A stretch of DNA of 64,000 nt from an uncultured delta proteobacterium (GCA_963843165.1 CAWJJL010000052.1:1145-65144); one strand, 5' to 3'; shown: positions 8,380-19,316, numbered from the stretch's first letter. Notes: a model not told the origin generated them from the letters alone. Numbers and translations: made by a program.

Positions 8380-11300
8380 TTACATTACCTGCACTTTGGC
8401 GAGCACCTGTTCGTCCGTGTGGTGCTGGAGTCTAATCGCCTTGCGAGGGCAGACACTCGCGCATATGCCGCAACCCTGGCAAGACGCGGTCTCGATGTAC
8501 GCCCTGTTGGTCGCAGGATCTATCACCGGGACATTGTACGGGCAGGCTCGCACACATGTTAGGCATGATGCACAAAGCTCCGGATCGACCACCGACACCT
8601 CTCCGGAAACCTGCAGGAAGTCTTTACTCAGGACACCGGCGGCTCGAGCGGCAGCGCCCCTGGCCTGGGCCAAGGTTTCGTTAATGTACTTCGGTCCGTG
8701 TGCAAGGCCGCACAAATAAATGCCCTCGCTCGCGAAGTCCAGGGGCCGCATCTTCATATGGGCTTCCATGAAAAAGCCCACATCATTACGCGGAATTTTC
8801 ATCAGCGCGCCGAGTGTTTCCGTCTCCGGATGCGGTCTTATGGCCGCGCTCAGCACGACCCGATCCGCGGGAAAGTTGCACTTCTCCCCTCAGGATTTCA
8901 TCGTACACAGTGATTTTCAGGCCTGCGCCGTTTTTCTCGACGACAGGTTTTCGGTCTCTGTCGTAACGAAGAAAGATTACACCCGCTTCCCTGGCCTTGC
9001 GGTAAAAGAGTTCTTTGAAGCCATAAGTCCTTATGTCGCGATATAGAATATATATATTGATGGATGGATCCATCTGCTTGAGCGCAAGAGCGTTCTTGAT
9101 CGCCTCGCCGCAGCAAACTCTGCTGCAATACAGGTTATCAGGTTCCCTCGAACCCACACACTGTATCATGACGAGATTTTTGACACCCTTCATCCGATTG
9201 GGCTCGTCCTGGAGGTATCTATCCAACTCCGTTTGGGTCCATACCGAATCCGATTGCCCTCGCAGGTACTCTGTAGGCTCGTATTCGCGTCCGCCGGTTG
9301 CTACGACGATCGCGCCGCTCTCGATATCGGACTCGATGCCGGTCTCACGATTTCGGACCTTCACGGCAAAGCGCCCCACATGCCCTGAATGATGTGTGAG
9401 TTCCGAATTCAACAGGATTCTGAGCTTCGAATGGGACTGCACTTTACTTTGGAGCTCCGCCACGAACTCGCTCACATCGAGGCCGTTCATAGTCCGGCGA
9501 AGATTCAGGGCCGCTCCGCCCAGATATCCTTCCCGCTCCACCAGCACAGCATCAAAGCCTTGATCCGCTAAAGACAGAGCTGCGGTCATGCCGGCAATTC
9601 CGCCGCCGATGACCAGTCCGGATGGAATGACCGGAAAAGTGTGCTCCTGGACCGGTTCAAGGCGTGCTGCACGTGAGACCGCCATTCGTATCAGATCTTT
9701 AGCTTTTAGCGTAGCCGGTTCAGGTTCCTGCTGGTGAACCCAGGAGCATTGATCGCGGATATTGGCCATCTCAAAGAGATATTTATTGATTCCGGCCTCA
9801 CGGCAAACATCTCTAAACAAAGGCTCATGAGTCCTCGGCGTGCAAGACGCGACCACCAATCTGTTTATGCCCTTTTCCCGGATCTTCTCTGCAATTGCGA
9901 CAGTGGTGTCGGTGGAACATGTGAAAAGATTGGACTCGGCATGAACCACGTTCGGCAGTGTTCGTGCATACTCCGCGACTTCCGGCACGTTGACGATCCG
10001 GGCGATATTGGAGCCGCAATGGCAGACGAATACCCCGACTCTGGGCTCTTCACCCCGGATGTCACGTTCCTCGACGAATATTTTCTCTTTGACTAGAGTC
10101 CTACGGACCTCGCTCAGCAGTTCGCCCGATAATGCAGCCGCTGATGCGGCGCCCATTACAGACTCGGGTATATCCATAGGGGCTTCGAACGCGCCAGCCA
10201 CAAAAATCCCGTGCCTACTCGTCTGATTGGGCGTGAAATCCCCTGTTTCAGCGAAGCCGAACCGGTTCAGATCGATGCCGCACCGGTCACCAAGCTTTTG
10301 AGCGGAAGCCGACGGCTCAAGACCTACGGAAAGAACGACCATGTCAAAGATCTCGGTTGTCATACCGCCGTCTTCGCCGCGGAATGTGAGCGCAAGGTTC
10401 TTGGTCTGCTGCTGCTCTTTAATTGTTGAGACGATACCTTTTATATATCGCAGCCCAACATTAGAGGCCGCGTTCTCGTAATAGAATTCGAATCCTTTGC
10501 CGAATGCACGAATGTCATTATAAAAAATGGTCGGCTTAATGCGTGCGTCATGCTCTTTGGCTATGATGGCTTCCTTGGTTGCGTACATGCAACAGACGCT
10601 GGAACAGTAGTCGCGATTACATGTCACATCGCGAGAGCCCACGCACTGTATCCATGCGATCTTCTCCGGATGCTCGTCATCCGACGGTCTGCGCACCTCA
10701 CCAGAGGTAGGACCGGAAGCGGAGAGGAGCCGTTCGAACTCCATAGAAGTCAGCACGTTGGGCATCCGACCATAGCCGTATTCACCTTTGATCTGAGCCT
10801 GAAAAGTGTCGAAACCCGGTATTAATATTACCGAACCGACATCCAAGGTCACTTCTTCGGGTAATTCGTCATGACGAGGCGCTTTGGGTTGGCAAACACG
10901 AACACATTCGAGGCATTCGGAGCACACGCCGCAGCTCAGACATCGTTCGGTTTCAGCCTTAACTGATTCTTCATTAAGCCCCAGAACACTCTCGCGGAAA
11001 TTTGTCTTGCGCTGCGCTGCAGGTACCTCTTCTTTGCGTTTGCGGGGAGCCGGTGAAACGCCCTCAATATTAGGATCAGCTATGGGGCGGTCTACCTCTC
11101 GGCCGGTTCTGAGATCCTCGCCCTCCAGATACCGCCTGATGGACTCCGCAGCTTCCTTGCCCCCGGCTATTGCCTGAATCACGGTTTTGGGGCCGGTTGC
11201 AATATCACCGGCTGCGAAAATTCCTTGCACAGATGTTGAATAAGTAATCGGATCAACAACAATGTAATTGCCTCGCAGTTTTTCCATGTCTCCGAGGAAT

Positions 11301-12808
11301 TCCGGAAGCCCCGCATCCACTCTTTGGCCGATTGCAAGGATGACCGTGTCCGCTTCCATTCCCATGGCGCACTGATCGTCAAAGCTGGGGTTGAATCTCC
11401 CTGGGGGATCGAAAACACATGTGCATTTGTTGAAACAGACGCCTCTGACCGCAACCCCATTTTCTTGCTTCACGAATTCAAATGGACCCCAGCAGTTGTG
11501 GATGATGACCCCTTCCGCTTCGGCTTCGTGGACTTCTTCCACATGCGCGGGCATCTCGTCACGATCTTCGAGACAAACCATGTGGACTTCTTCACCGCCG
11601 AGCCGAACCGCGGTACGCGCCACGTCCACGGCAACATTGCCGCCGCCTATAACGAGAACTTTGGCGCCGAGCCGGACTTTTTCCCCCTGAGCCGCGGCTT
11701 TCAGAAAATCGACGCCCTGGAGAACTCCGGGCGTATCTTCCGCCTCGATTCCGAGCTTTGCGCCAGCGGTCAGACCTGCTGCTATGAAGACCGCCTCATA
11801 GCCTTGGTCTCGCAGATTATCCAGTGTGACGTCCTTGCCCAAAGCAGTCGAGCAACGGATTTCCACGCCACAGCGTTTGATATATTCAATGTCCCTGTCC
11901 AAGATCGCTTTGGGGAGGCGATATTCGGGAATGCCGTAACGTAAAACTCCGCCGGGCTTCTCATCCTTTTCAAAGACCGTGACCGAGTATCCCTGAAGAG
12001 CCAGCTGATAAGCGCAACTTAATCCTCCCGGTCCGGCCCCGATGACCGCTATTTTTCGATTCTTAGCTGCTGAGATTTCCGGAGTATCATCGTCGATCGC
12101 CTGCTCAGACAAGAACCATTTCACGTCATTGATCGCAATTGCTTCATCTACACGGGCTCGGGTGCATTTCTCTTCACAGAATCGCACGCAAACTCTCCCG
12201 CACACTGAGGGGAGGGCACAATCCTTACGAATAAGATTAAGGGCTTCTTTATATTTCCCTTTGCGAGCCAGGGCCAAGTATCCCTGCACGTGTATATGAG
12301 CGGGACAAGCAGCCTTGCACGGGCTCACTCCGGCCTTTTGGATTACTGCTTTATTCGGTATTGCTTGGGGATAGAGTTTGTGGATTGCCTTTCTCGGCCG
12401 GAGGCTCGCATCGAATTCGTTTGGGACTTCCACAGGGCAGACTTCGAAGCAGTCTCCACAGGCATTGCATTTCTGCATATCCACGTATCTGGGATGTTTA
12501 AGTATCCGAGCCTGGAAACGTCCCGCTTCGCCATCCACGCCCAGGATTTCGGAATTGGTCAGGATCTCGATATTCGGGTGTTTGTCGACTTCCACCAGCC
12601 TTGGTGAAATCGTGCACATCGAGCAGTCGTTGGTGGGGAAGGTCTTATCGAGTTGGGCCATTCGCCCGCCGATCGCACTCTTTTCTTCCACCAGGTAGAC
12701 TTTATATCCTGCATTTCCCAGATCGATCGCGGCCTGCATTCCCCCTATGCCTGCTCCCGCGACCAGCACCGCTCCGATTTTGTTCTTATTTTCGATTTTC
12801 TCGTTCAT
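8380..12808 (-). CDS. hdrL: Giant HdrA-like flavoprotein with inserted GltD/NfnB-like NAD(P)H module and a second HdrA unit (HdrL type); frame broken near 8866-8875
   Basis: N-terminal GAGIGGMQAAIDL plus ferredoxin Cys motifs. A GltD-like block follows with VIGAGPGGLSCAYQL and VIGGGNVAVDVA, then an HdrA core (CVGSRD...YCSSVCC) and a second unit (VIGGGIAGMTAALSL...CVGSRE..YCSRVCC). The 158-aa ORF 8380..8856 supplies the HdrA C-terminus after a 1-nt shift at a CCC run. Confidence 0.85.
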
Positions 12809-12871
12809 TGAAACGATATAACCCTCGATCAGGTTTAGACAAAACAGTTAGGAGTTCTTGAAGGGGGTCAA

Positions 12872-12899
12872 GGGGAAACTCTCTGCAAGAAGTTTCCGC
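12872..12899. repeat. Palindromic intergenic repeat, copy 1 (hairpin GGAAACT-N10-AGTTTCC with G-rich left flank)
   Basis: Seen in the 110-bp gap between hdrB-like and hdrL. It shares the GGGGGTCAAGGGGAA...TGCAAGAAG pattern with the two copies between hdrC and hdrB. Confidence 0.6.
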
Positions 12900-12918
12900 C
12901 TGAAAATTCCTTCAACTC

Positions 12919-13773
12919 TTAAGCGGCTAGGCCTTTGCTTCGGAGCAGAGGAGCAGGATCTACAAGGTGTTTTCGCCACCAGGAGCCGGTTTCCGGTATG
13001 CTCATGGCAACAGCCAAAAGTTCGGTGATATAGACTACTGGTATTTGAAAGCTAGTATTCCTCTCACTCTCGATCTCTTTTTCACGTGTGTCGAGATTCG
13101 CCTGACACATGGGACAATCTGTAACTATAATCTCACCGCCAGCCTCCTGCGCGGCTTGGAACAAATTACCGGAAAGCTTCCGGACAACTTCCTGTCGGGT
13201 CATGGCCAAGTTCCCGCCACAACAATCGGTCTTGTAACTCCAATTGACAGGGTCAGCACCGATAATTTTGAGAATTGCATCGATTTCTCTCGGGTCTTCC
13301 GGATGCGGGTGCTTCATCGCGTGAGGCGGCCGAACCGTGAGGCAACCATAATACGGGACAGTCTTGAGGCCGACCAAGGGTTCCTTGATGCTAGCCTGAA
13401 TCCTTCGCAGAATCTCTTCTTTGAGCAGCATGTCATTTATGTGAAGAACTTCGACACCGGTTATAGCTGAACTATTGGGGTGATCTTCGGGATGTTCTTT
13501 AAGATGAGCCTGACATATCTTCAGCCGGTGGAAACAGGCCGCGCAGGGAGTCAGAAGCGGTCTGTCGTAATCAGATGCTATGAGCAGATTTCTCGCAGGT
13601 AATTCAATGGAAGCTTCGGGGTTCAGTATGTGGGCGCTGCTGGCTCCGCAACAACTCCAGTCCCCGATTTCCACCAGATTTATGCCGAGGCCCCGGAAGA
13701 CAGCTAGAATACCCGCGTCGTAATCATGGGCTGTCCCATGCAACGTGCAACCTGGAAAATAGTTCACATCCAT
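12919..13773 (-). CDS. hdrB: Heterodisulfide reductase subunit B-like protein (two CCG domains)
   Basis: MDVNYFPGCTL..., WSCCG and TDCCGG/CPMC motifs. Start moved to the internal Met because the upstream 90 nt of the ORF is a palindromic repeat. Confidence 0.8.
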   Translation of the reverse strand: MDVNYFPGCTLHGTAHDYDAGILAVFRGLGINLVEIGDWSCCGASSAHILNPEASIELPARNLLIASDYDRPLLTPCAACFHRLKICQAHLKEHPEDHPNSSAITGVEVLHINDMLLKEEILRRIQASIKEPLVGLKTVPYYGCLTVRPPHAMKHPHPEDPREIDAILKIIGADPVNWSYKTDCCGGNLAMTRQEVVRKLSGNLFQAAQEAGGEIIVTDCPMCQANLDTREKEIESERNTSFQIPVVYITELLAVAMSIPETGSWWRKHLVDPAPLLRSKGLAA

Positions 13774-13801
13774 GTGAAGACTCTTTTTGCGGAAGGGCTC
13801 T

Positions 13802-13839
13802 CTGGGGAACCCTTTTTTGTGTAAAAAAGGGTTCCCCAG
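13802..13839. repeat. Palindromic intergenic repeat, copy 2 (perfect 17-bp stem)
   Basis: CTGGGGAACCCTTTTTT-gtgt-AAAAAAGGGTTCCCCAG. The flank CCCCTCCCAAAAAACTCT is the reverse complement of the flank of copy 3. Confidence 0.7.
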
Positions 13840-14036
13840 ACCCCTCCCAAAAAACTCTAACATTGTATCAGCCGGCCAGTCGATAAGTTCCGGCTTGGAT
13901 CATCTTGCCAACTTTCCTTCATATTCCCGGGCCATTGATCTAGCCCTAAGGTTGCGCGGGCCGAAGGCTATTGGAAAAACTATTTGCCGGCGCTCTGTTG
14001 TGCCGCAAGCCATATAAGAGTTTTTGGGGTGGGGTT

Positions 14037-14070
14037 CGGGGAGGGTCTTTTTGCAAAAAGACCCTCTCCG
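14037..14070. repeat. Palindromic intergenic repeat, copy 3 (inverted orientation relative to copy 2)
   Basis: GAGGGTCTTTTTGCAAAAAGACCCTC is a perfect palindrome preceded by AGTTTTTGGGGTGGGGTTCGGG. Confidence 0.7.
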
Positions 14071-14088
14071 GCATTCCTCCCAAGAATC

Positions 14089-14709
14089 TTATCCGGGCTG
14101 CTTGTCCACTATATTGCGCACTTCTTTGCGGCCGCGAATTCTCTCCGGGATTAATCGTATCCGGCCCCGGGTGAACATTTCTCTTCCAATGCCCAGATCT
14201 TCGAGAAGTGTCATAGTCTTTAACTTGTATCGCGTAATCAGTTCAATTTCGTGAACTCGTCCGTGAGTGCGGATTGCATTCATGAATGCTTCGTGGAAAG
14301 CTTTGACCCGCGGGAGGCTCACTGTTCCGCTCTTAATGGACATCCGACGCAGGGAGTCCATAGCATGTGCTAAATCAATATCATTGGGACACCTGGTGGA
14401 GCACGTAATGCAAGAGGCGCAAATCCAGATGGTCTCCGATCCCAGCACCTTTTCCCTTTGACCGAGCTGAATATGCCGGATCAAGATATTGGGCGGAAGA
14501 TCCATAGCATATGAAACAGGGCAACCGCTCGTGCATTTTTCACAGTGGAAGCACGCGGAAACCGACACGCCGGAGAGACGCTCGACTTCCGCCAGGAATG
14601 AACCGTTATCCGGCTGGAGGGGGACAGCGTTCAGCAAGATGAAATTTCTCCATGGAAAGTCGGCTTTAGTACTAGGTTCTACAATAGTCCGCTCAAGCAA
14701 CGGTGTCAA
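14089..14709 (-). CDS. hdrC: Heterodisulfide reductase subunit C-like 4Fe-4S dicluster protein
   Basis: Two ferredoxin-type motifs, CFHCEKCTSGCP and CASCITCSTRCP, in a protein of HdrC size that lies directly upstream of the hdrB-like gene. Confidence 0.75.
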   Translation of the reverse strand: MTPLLERTIVEPSTKADFPWRNFILLNAVPLQPDNGSFLAEVERLSGVSVSACFHCEKCTSGCPVSYAMDLPPNILIRHIQLGQREKVLGSETIWICASCITCSTRCPNDIDLAHAMDSLRRMSIKSGTVSLPRVKAFHEAFMNAIRTHGRVHEIELITRYKLKTMTLLEDLGIGREMFTRGRIRLIPERIRGRKEVRNIVDKQPG

Positions 14710-14866
14710 GTATGGATCGTGTCTATAGTAGCTATTCTCAGGCGCTGCTATTGCCCGGAAAAAAAAGCTACAGATCTCTTGTGAAGAAACACAGAGATCT
14801 ATAGCAAAGAATACGGATTCTTATCGCGTTCCTTTGTTCACGCGGGTGAAATGCTATAAATCTGTC

Positions 14867-16324
14867 TCACTCTGCCGGATCAATGCCGGCAATAACTCTG
14901 GCGAGCTTCTTCTTGTGATCCAGGTTTCCCTGACGAGCAATCATAATTCTCTGGGCCTGTGGAGATCCCGCGCCATGCAATGATTCCGTACGATAGCCCA
15001 CTGCAGCGCATCCCAGAGTAATGTTTTCAATCAGGCGCAGCATTCGCATCCGGTTCTCCGTAGGGACCGTGTCCACACCTTTCAAGTATTTTTCCACATA
15101 ATGTCCGAATTCCGGGTGTCTCAGGTCCTTCTCTGACGGCATGGTGACCATAAGACCGCCGGCAATATCCTCGGCTAATCGTGCCAATTCATAAGGGAAG
15201 CGAGTCACATTCAATTTACAGACATTGGCTAAAAGCAAGTCGATGAGATAAGTGCCTGATGCTGTCCGGCGCCCCTGCGAGGAGCAGGCTATACCGCATG
15301 CATAAAGTGTTTCATTGAGATGAATCATTTCGACAATTTTGTCATTGATGTGAGATGCCCTGGCTGTCCCGTTGTATTCGGCCATAGTAGCGGCAGCGCC
15401 AATTAGTACGTCACCAACGCCGACTTTACATCCTCCGTAACTCTGTCGGTGATATCCGGCGAATCGTTCCACCAGCAATCCTGAATACTGGTGTTCGCGG
15501 CACATGAACACCCGTTCCCACGGCACAAAAACATCTTCAAAGATGACCAGGGCTTCCTGGCCGCCGTAACGGGCGTTTCCCACATCAATATCAGAGCCTT
15601 CCAATTTTCTCGTATCACATGATTGCCGACCGTATATATAAAGTATCCCATTAGCATCGCTCGGAATAGCGAAAGACACTGCGTAGTCCTTGTCTTCTTC
15701 TGTCATAGCTATCGTCGGCATTATAAGAATCTCGTGAGAATTAACGGCGCCGGTCTGGTGCGCTTTGGCGCCTCGAATGAAGATCCCTTCGGACGATTGT
15801 CTCGCTACGCGCAGGTACATGTCCGGATCGACCTGCTGACTGGGACGTCGGGAACGGTCCCCTTTCGGGTCGGTCATGGCTCCGTCAACTACCAAGTCTT
15901 GATCTTGAATGAATTTCAAATATGCGCGAAACCGCTCGTGATATTTGGTTCCACCATCCTGGTCCATCTCAAATGTCACGCTGTCAATGGCGTTTATCGC
16001 GTCCATACCTACACAACGCTGAAAACAAGCGGCTGTCTTTTGACCCAACAGTCGCTGCATTTGAACCTTTTTGATCAGGTCGTCAGTACTTTGGTGAAGA
16101 TGGCAGAATCGGTTCACATTTTCGCCCGTCAAATTCGATTTCGCGGTCATTAAATTGCTATGTTCTTCATCCACAGCCAATTCATAGGTTTTGGCAACTG
16201 AATTGACTGATGGTCGAATGATGGGATGATCGACAGGATCTAGGACCTTTTCCCCCAGTAGGTATACTCTCAAGTCCAATTTTCGAAGGCTGTTTAGATA
16301 ATCAGCTACAGTTTTCAGAGCCAC
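14867..16324 (-). CDS. abfD: 4-hydroxybutyryl-CoA dehydratase / vinylacetyl-CoA isomerase family (AbfD-like; 4-hydroxyphenylacetate hydroxylase fold)
   Basis: About 485 aa with family-typical blocks (NRFCHLHQS, CFQRCVGMD, GAKAHQTGA, YHRQSYGGCK). Start set at the GTG preceded by GGAGGTG (VALKTVADYL). Confidence 0.75.
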   Translation of the reverse strand: MALKTVADYLNSLRKLDLRVYLLGEKVLDPVDHPIIRPSVNSVAKTYELAVDEEHSNLMTAKSNLTGENVNRFCHLHQSTDDLIKKVQMQRLLGQKTAACFQRCVGMDAINAIDSVTFEMDQDGGTKYHERFRAYLKFIQDQDLVVDGAMTDPKGDRSRRPSQQVDPDMYLRVARQSSEGIFIRGAKAHQTGAVNSHEILIMPTIAMTEEDKDYAVSFAIPSDANGILYIYGRQSCDTRKLEGSDIDVGNARYGGQEALVIFEDVFVPWERVFMCREHQYSGLLVERFAGYHRQSYGGCKVGVGDVLIGAAATMAEYNGTARASHINDKIVEMIHLNETLYACGIACSSQGRRTASGTYLIDLLLANVCKLNVTRFPYELARLAEDIAGGLMVTMPSEKDLRHPEFGHYVEKYLKGVDTVPTENRMRMLRLIENITLGCAAVGYRTESLHGAGSPQAQRIMIARQGNLDHKKKLARVIAGIDPAE

Positions 16325-16641
16325 TGGCCACCTCCGTTTATCAGGCCGCTTTAAGATTTTTCCTAATGAGCCAGTTAAGCGAAAACGCAAGACCGGGCGA
16401 GCCGACAACAGCGCCCATGACTCAGAAGGTTGATATCGGGAATTATTATAACCTCATTTGATAATAATCTACAGATTTCGACCGAATTTGCGCCACTCGC
16501 TTTGTACTTCTATGAACAATCAGGTTCTTCCTTTGAATTTCTCAGCGTGAAAATTTTTCTGCAGCTTTCCCATGAGGTTGCTTGGCAATTTATCGATCAA
16601 AAATTGAGCCGAATAGGCTCAGGGCAAGCCCTCGACTAAAC

Positions 16642-16670
16642 TTGACATCCATAATTCTAATCTTTGAAAT
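16642..16670 (+). promoter_or_regulatory. Candidate sigma70-type promoter upstream of the GGDEF gene
   Basis: TTGACA-17 nt-TGAAAT, followed by hairpin ATGAGCC-tagtt-GGCTCAT (16669-16687). Confidence 0.25.
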
Positions 16671-16965
16671 GAGCCTAGTTGGCTCATTGTCGCTCTCGCA
16701 AGTCCACTCTCATTTCACATTTCAGCTCAGTTAAAACATAAGCCATTAAAAACGGTGAAGATTTCCTCATGTCCTACCCTGACGTAGAGGCTGGTATGAT
16801 AATTGCTTGGCGAGGGACAGGGGTAATATTCCGAATCATCGAATACTATTGATGATTACCTTCATCGAGCACTGAACAATGGTATTACATTGCGTCCGCA
16901 AAAGACCAAGAGGCCCGAAAGTTGACACTTGGAATCCGGGGTGGAGCACCTCAGTGCGTTTGATG

Positions 16966-19176
16966 GCTTTCCGCCGATCAGAATTTTCGGCCCATGTTCG
17001 GTTGCTAACGCTTACCCTATTGATAGTAGCCTGCTTTTGCGTACCAACTCTTGCGGAAACTTCGATCCCTACCTTGATATTGAAAAAAAATGTCGGCAAA
17101 TTCGATTTGAGGGGTCATGTAGCACTTTATGAAGATAAGAGTGGCAATGAGACCCTTGACACTGTTCGGCAAAAGATATTCCACACTGTGCCTGAATCAA
17201 TGCCGAGCCTGGGTTGCTCCCAATCAGCATATTGGGTCAAGCTGGTCATCGAGAGTGAGACCCCTGGACCGATAACCGTTCTATTACAGCTTGCGAACCA
17301 ATATCTGGATTTTATAGAATTTTATGTTATCTCTAATCGAAATTCTCAGGTTGAAAAATATCGTGGCGGCGCACGGGTTCCCTGGGAGGATAGGGTTTCT
17401 CAAGGGCGCTATCCTGTTCTGTCCCTCGATTTCTCCCATAATGAAGAGAAAACGATTTTCATCCGAGTACAATCTCGGACCCCTTTGAGAATACCACTGG
17501 ATCTCTCTACCGAAGTGGCTCATGAGCGTACCGAACTCGCAGTGTATCTGTTTAACGGGCTGTTTTTCGGAGTTATGGGTTTTCTGATCATTTACAGCCT
17601 GTTTGCCTGGTCAATTCTGCGGCAGAATGCTTATTTTTACTACATTTTGGTTATTGTCGGAGTTGTTGCTTTCAAAGCGGCTAATAACGGCTTCTTTCCC
17701 CGGGTGACAATCTTTTCTCACCCAGAAACCATCTTGCACCTCCTTACTGCCGGCATAGGTTTTGCATTTATATTCAACATAATTTTTGTGTCATCATTTA
17801 TGAATTCCAGGACGAAGTACCCGATTCTCTATGGGATTCTCCGTATTTTTCTGATATTTGCGGTCATCAATCTAATTTTATATTTTTACGATTATTATCT
17901 GGGCAATGCTTTCGCTATGATTTACGGCCCTATTCTAGGGTGGATCTTGGCCATAATCATAGGCTTAATGTGGTATTGGGGAGAATCCCATGCCCGATAT
18001 TTATTTTTCGGCCATATCTTATTGCCGATTTTCGCTATGGTGCATGTAGGTGTGATGTTCGGTCTTATTCCATTCAACTTTGTACTCACCCAGTTGCTGA
18101 AGGTCGCCTATCTCTCCCAAGGAATGTTTTTTGCTTTAGCACTGGCAGATAGATATTCCATGATGCAGAAAAACTTTCAGCGTATCCTGGAAGATGAGGT
18201 TGCCGAGCGGTCAGAAGAGCTGGTCATAGCTAACGAAAGTCTGCACCAGGAAATCAATGAGAGAAAACGCGTTGAAAAAGCAATCGAGAGAGCCAAGAAC
18301 GAATGGGAACAAACTTTCGACACAGTTCCGGATCTAATTGCCATTATCGATCGAAATTACAATATACTACGGGCTAATAAAGCCATGGCAGATAAAATAA
18401 ACGCTCACCCTCGGGAGATAATCGGCAAGAAGTGTTACGAGGTATGTCATGGCATTGGAGAGCCAATCCCGATTTGTCCCCTTCATCAGAGTCTGGCTGA
18501 TGGCAAGGAACACTCCGGCGAAATATTGGTAACGAAACTTGGAGGCACATTTCTAGTTTCGGTTACGCCTCTCCCGACCGAAAATGGTGAACCTGAAGGT
18601 TTTGTGCACGTAGCTCGAGACATCACTGAGCGCAAAATCCTGGAAGCACGACTTCGCAAACTTGCAATAACTGACGGGTTGACAAACATCTGGAACCGCC
18701 GGCACTTCATTCACCTTACCGGCCGAGAGCTCGAACGAACAAGACGTTATGGCGGGCAACTGGCAATTGCGATCATAGATCTGGATGATTTTAAATCAAT
18801 AAACGACACTTACGGCCATGATGTTGGTGACGAGGTTCTGAAGAAAGTGGCAGAGATTGTCCGCATGACTCTGCGCAAAGTGGATATCTTTGCTCGATAC
18901 GGTGGGGAGGAATTCGTCATTGCCCTTCCCGAAACCGGGCTGAGTCAAGCTGTTAAGGTAGCTGAGCGGCTCTGTCAAAATATTGCCGAAATTTCTCTTA
19001 ACTCTAGTTGTTCACCTCGGCACCTAACCATGAGTATCGGGTTAACAGTAACTGGGCCCGATTCAGCTGACCTGATGAAACTCCTGAAGCAAGCTGATGA
19101 AGCACTTTATCAGGCCAAGCGTAAAGGTAAGAACCGAGTCGAGGCCTTCTGCTTAGAACAATCACAGTATTCTTAA
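16966..19176 (+). CDS. 7TMR-DISM sensor / PAS / GGDEF diguanylate cyclase
   Basis: Signal/anchor sequence, a periplasmic domain, seven hydrophobic helices, a coiled linker, a PAS domain, then a GGDEF domain with RYGGEEF and an RxxD I-site (RKVD) five residues upstream. Confidence 0.85.
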   Translation, partial: AFRRSEFSAHVRLLTLTLLIVACFCVPTLAETSIPTLILKKNVGKFDLRGHVALYEDKSGNETLDTVRQKIFHTVPESMPSLGCSQSAYWVKLVIESETPGPITVLLQLANQYLDFIEFYVISNRNSQVEKYRGGARVPWEDRVSQGRYPVLSLDFSHNEEKTIFIRVQSRTPLRIPLDLSTEVAHERTELAVYLFNGLFFGVMGFLIIYSLFAWSILRQNAYFYYILVIVGVVAFKAANNGFFPRVTIFSHPETILHLLTAGIGFAFIFNIIFVSSFMNSRTKYPILYGILRIFLIFAVINLILYFYDYYLGNAFAMIYGPILGWILAIIIGLMWYWGESHARYLFFGHILLPIFAMVHVGVMFGLIPFNFVLTQLLKVAYLSQGMFFALALADRYSMMQKNFQRILEDEVAERSEELVIANESLHQEINERKRVEKAIERAKNEWEQTFDTVPDLIAIIDRNYNILRANKAMADKINAHPREIIGKKCYEVCHGIGEPIPICPLHQSLADGKEHSGEILVTKLGGTFLVSVTPLPTENGEPEGFVHVARDITERKILEARLRKLAITDGLTNIWNRRHFIHLTGRELERTRRYGGQLAIAIIDLDDFKSINDTYGHDVGDEVLKKVAEIVRMTLRKVDIFARYGGEEFVIALPETGLSQAVKVAERLCQNIAEISLNSSCSPRHLTMSIGLTVTGPDSADLMKLLKQADEALYQAKRKGKNRVEAFCLEQSQYS

Positions 19177-19316
19177 TAACTAAGCTGCGCTAATCTCTAA
19201 TCCCACCATCTCACATGATCATGAAGTATTCTTGACAAATCGGAAATTCCGGTAATAGTGGTAATAACGGAGATAATAGAAAATTCGTTCCATTGAGTGG
19301 GAGTGAGGATCGGCAG

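Noticed and set aside
8786-8875. The last ~25 residues of the 1340-aa ORF (...QLSRGSGRAERGHKTASGDGNTRRADENSA), considered as the genuine C-terminus of the Hdr fusion
   Set aside because: This tail has no HdrA-like character. The adjacent frame continues with the expected ADRVVLSAAIRPHP...GIYLCGLAHGPK... HdrA C-terminus. It is an out-of-frame read-through after a 1-nt shift.
8886-8894. A TGA in the alternative frame just upstream of the hdrL frame shift, considered as a second selenocysteine codon
   Set aside because: Upstream of that TGA the alternative frame is not HdrA-like, while the main frame clearly is (ITVYDEILRGEV). HdrA positions known to carry Sec in other organisms are Cys here (ANIRDQCSWVH).
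8698-12861. Numerous 60-200-aa ORFs antisense to or overlapping hdrL, with similar antisense ORFs inside purD, the RND pump, the XDH genes and ankyrin copy 2 (46236..46715)
   Set aside because: They lie opposite long genes with strong family motifs, have low-complexity Arg/Ser/Pro-rich translations, and show no motifs or RBS.
13774-13863. The N-terminal 30-aa extension of the hdrB-like ORF (MLEFFGRGLGNPFLHKKGFPREPFRKKSLH)
   Set aside because: It is the translation of the perfect palindromic repeat. HdrB-like proteins start at MDVNYFPGCT.
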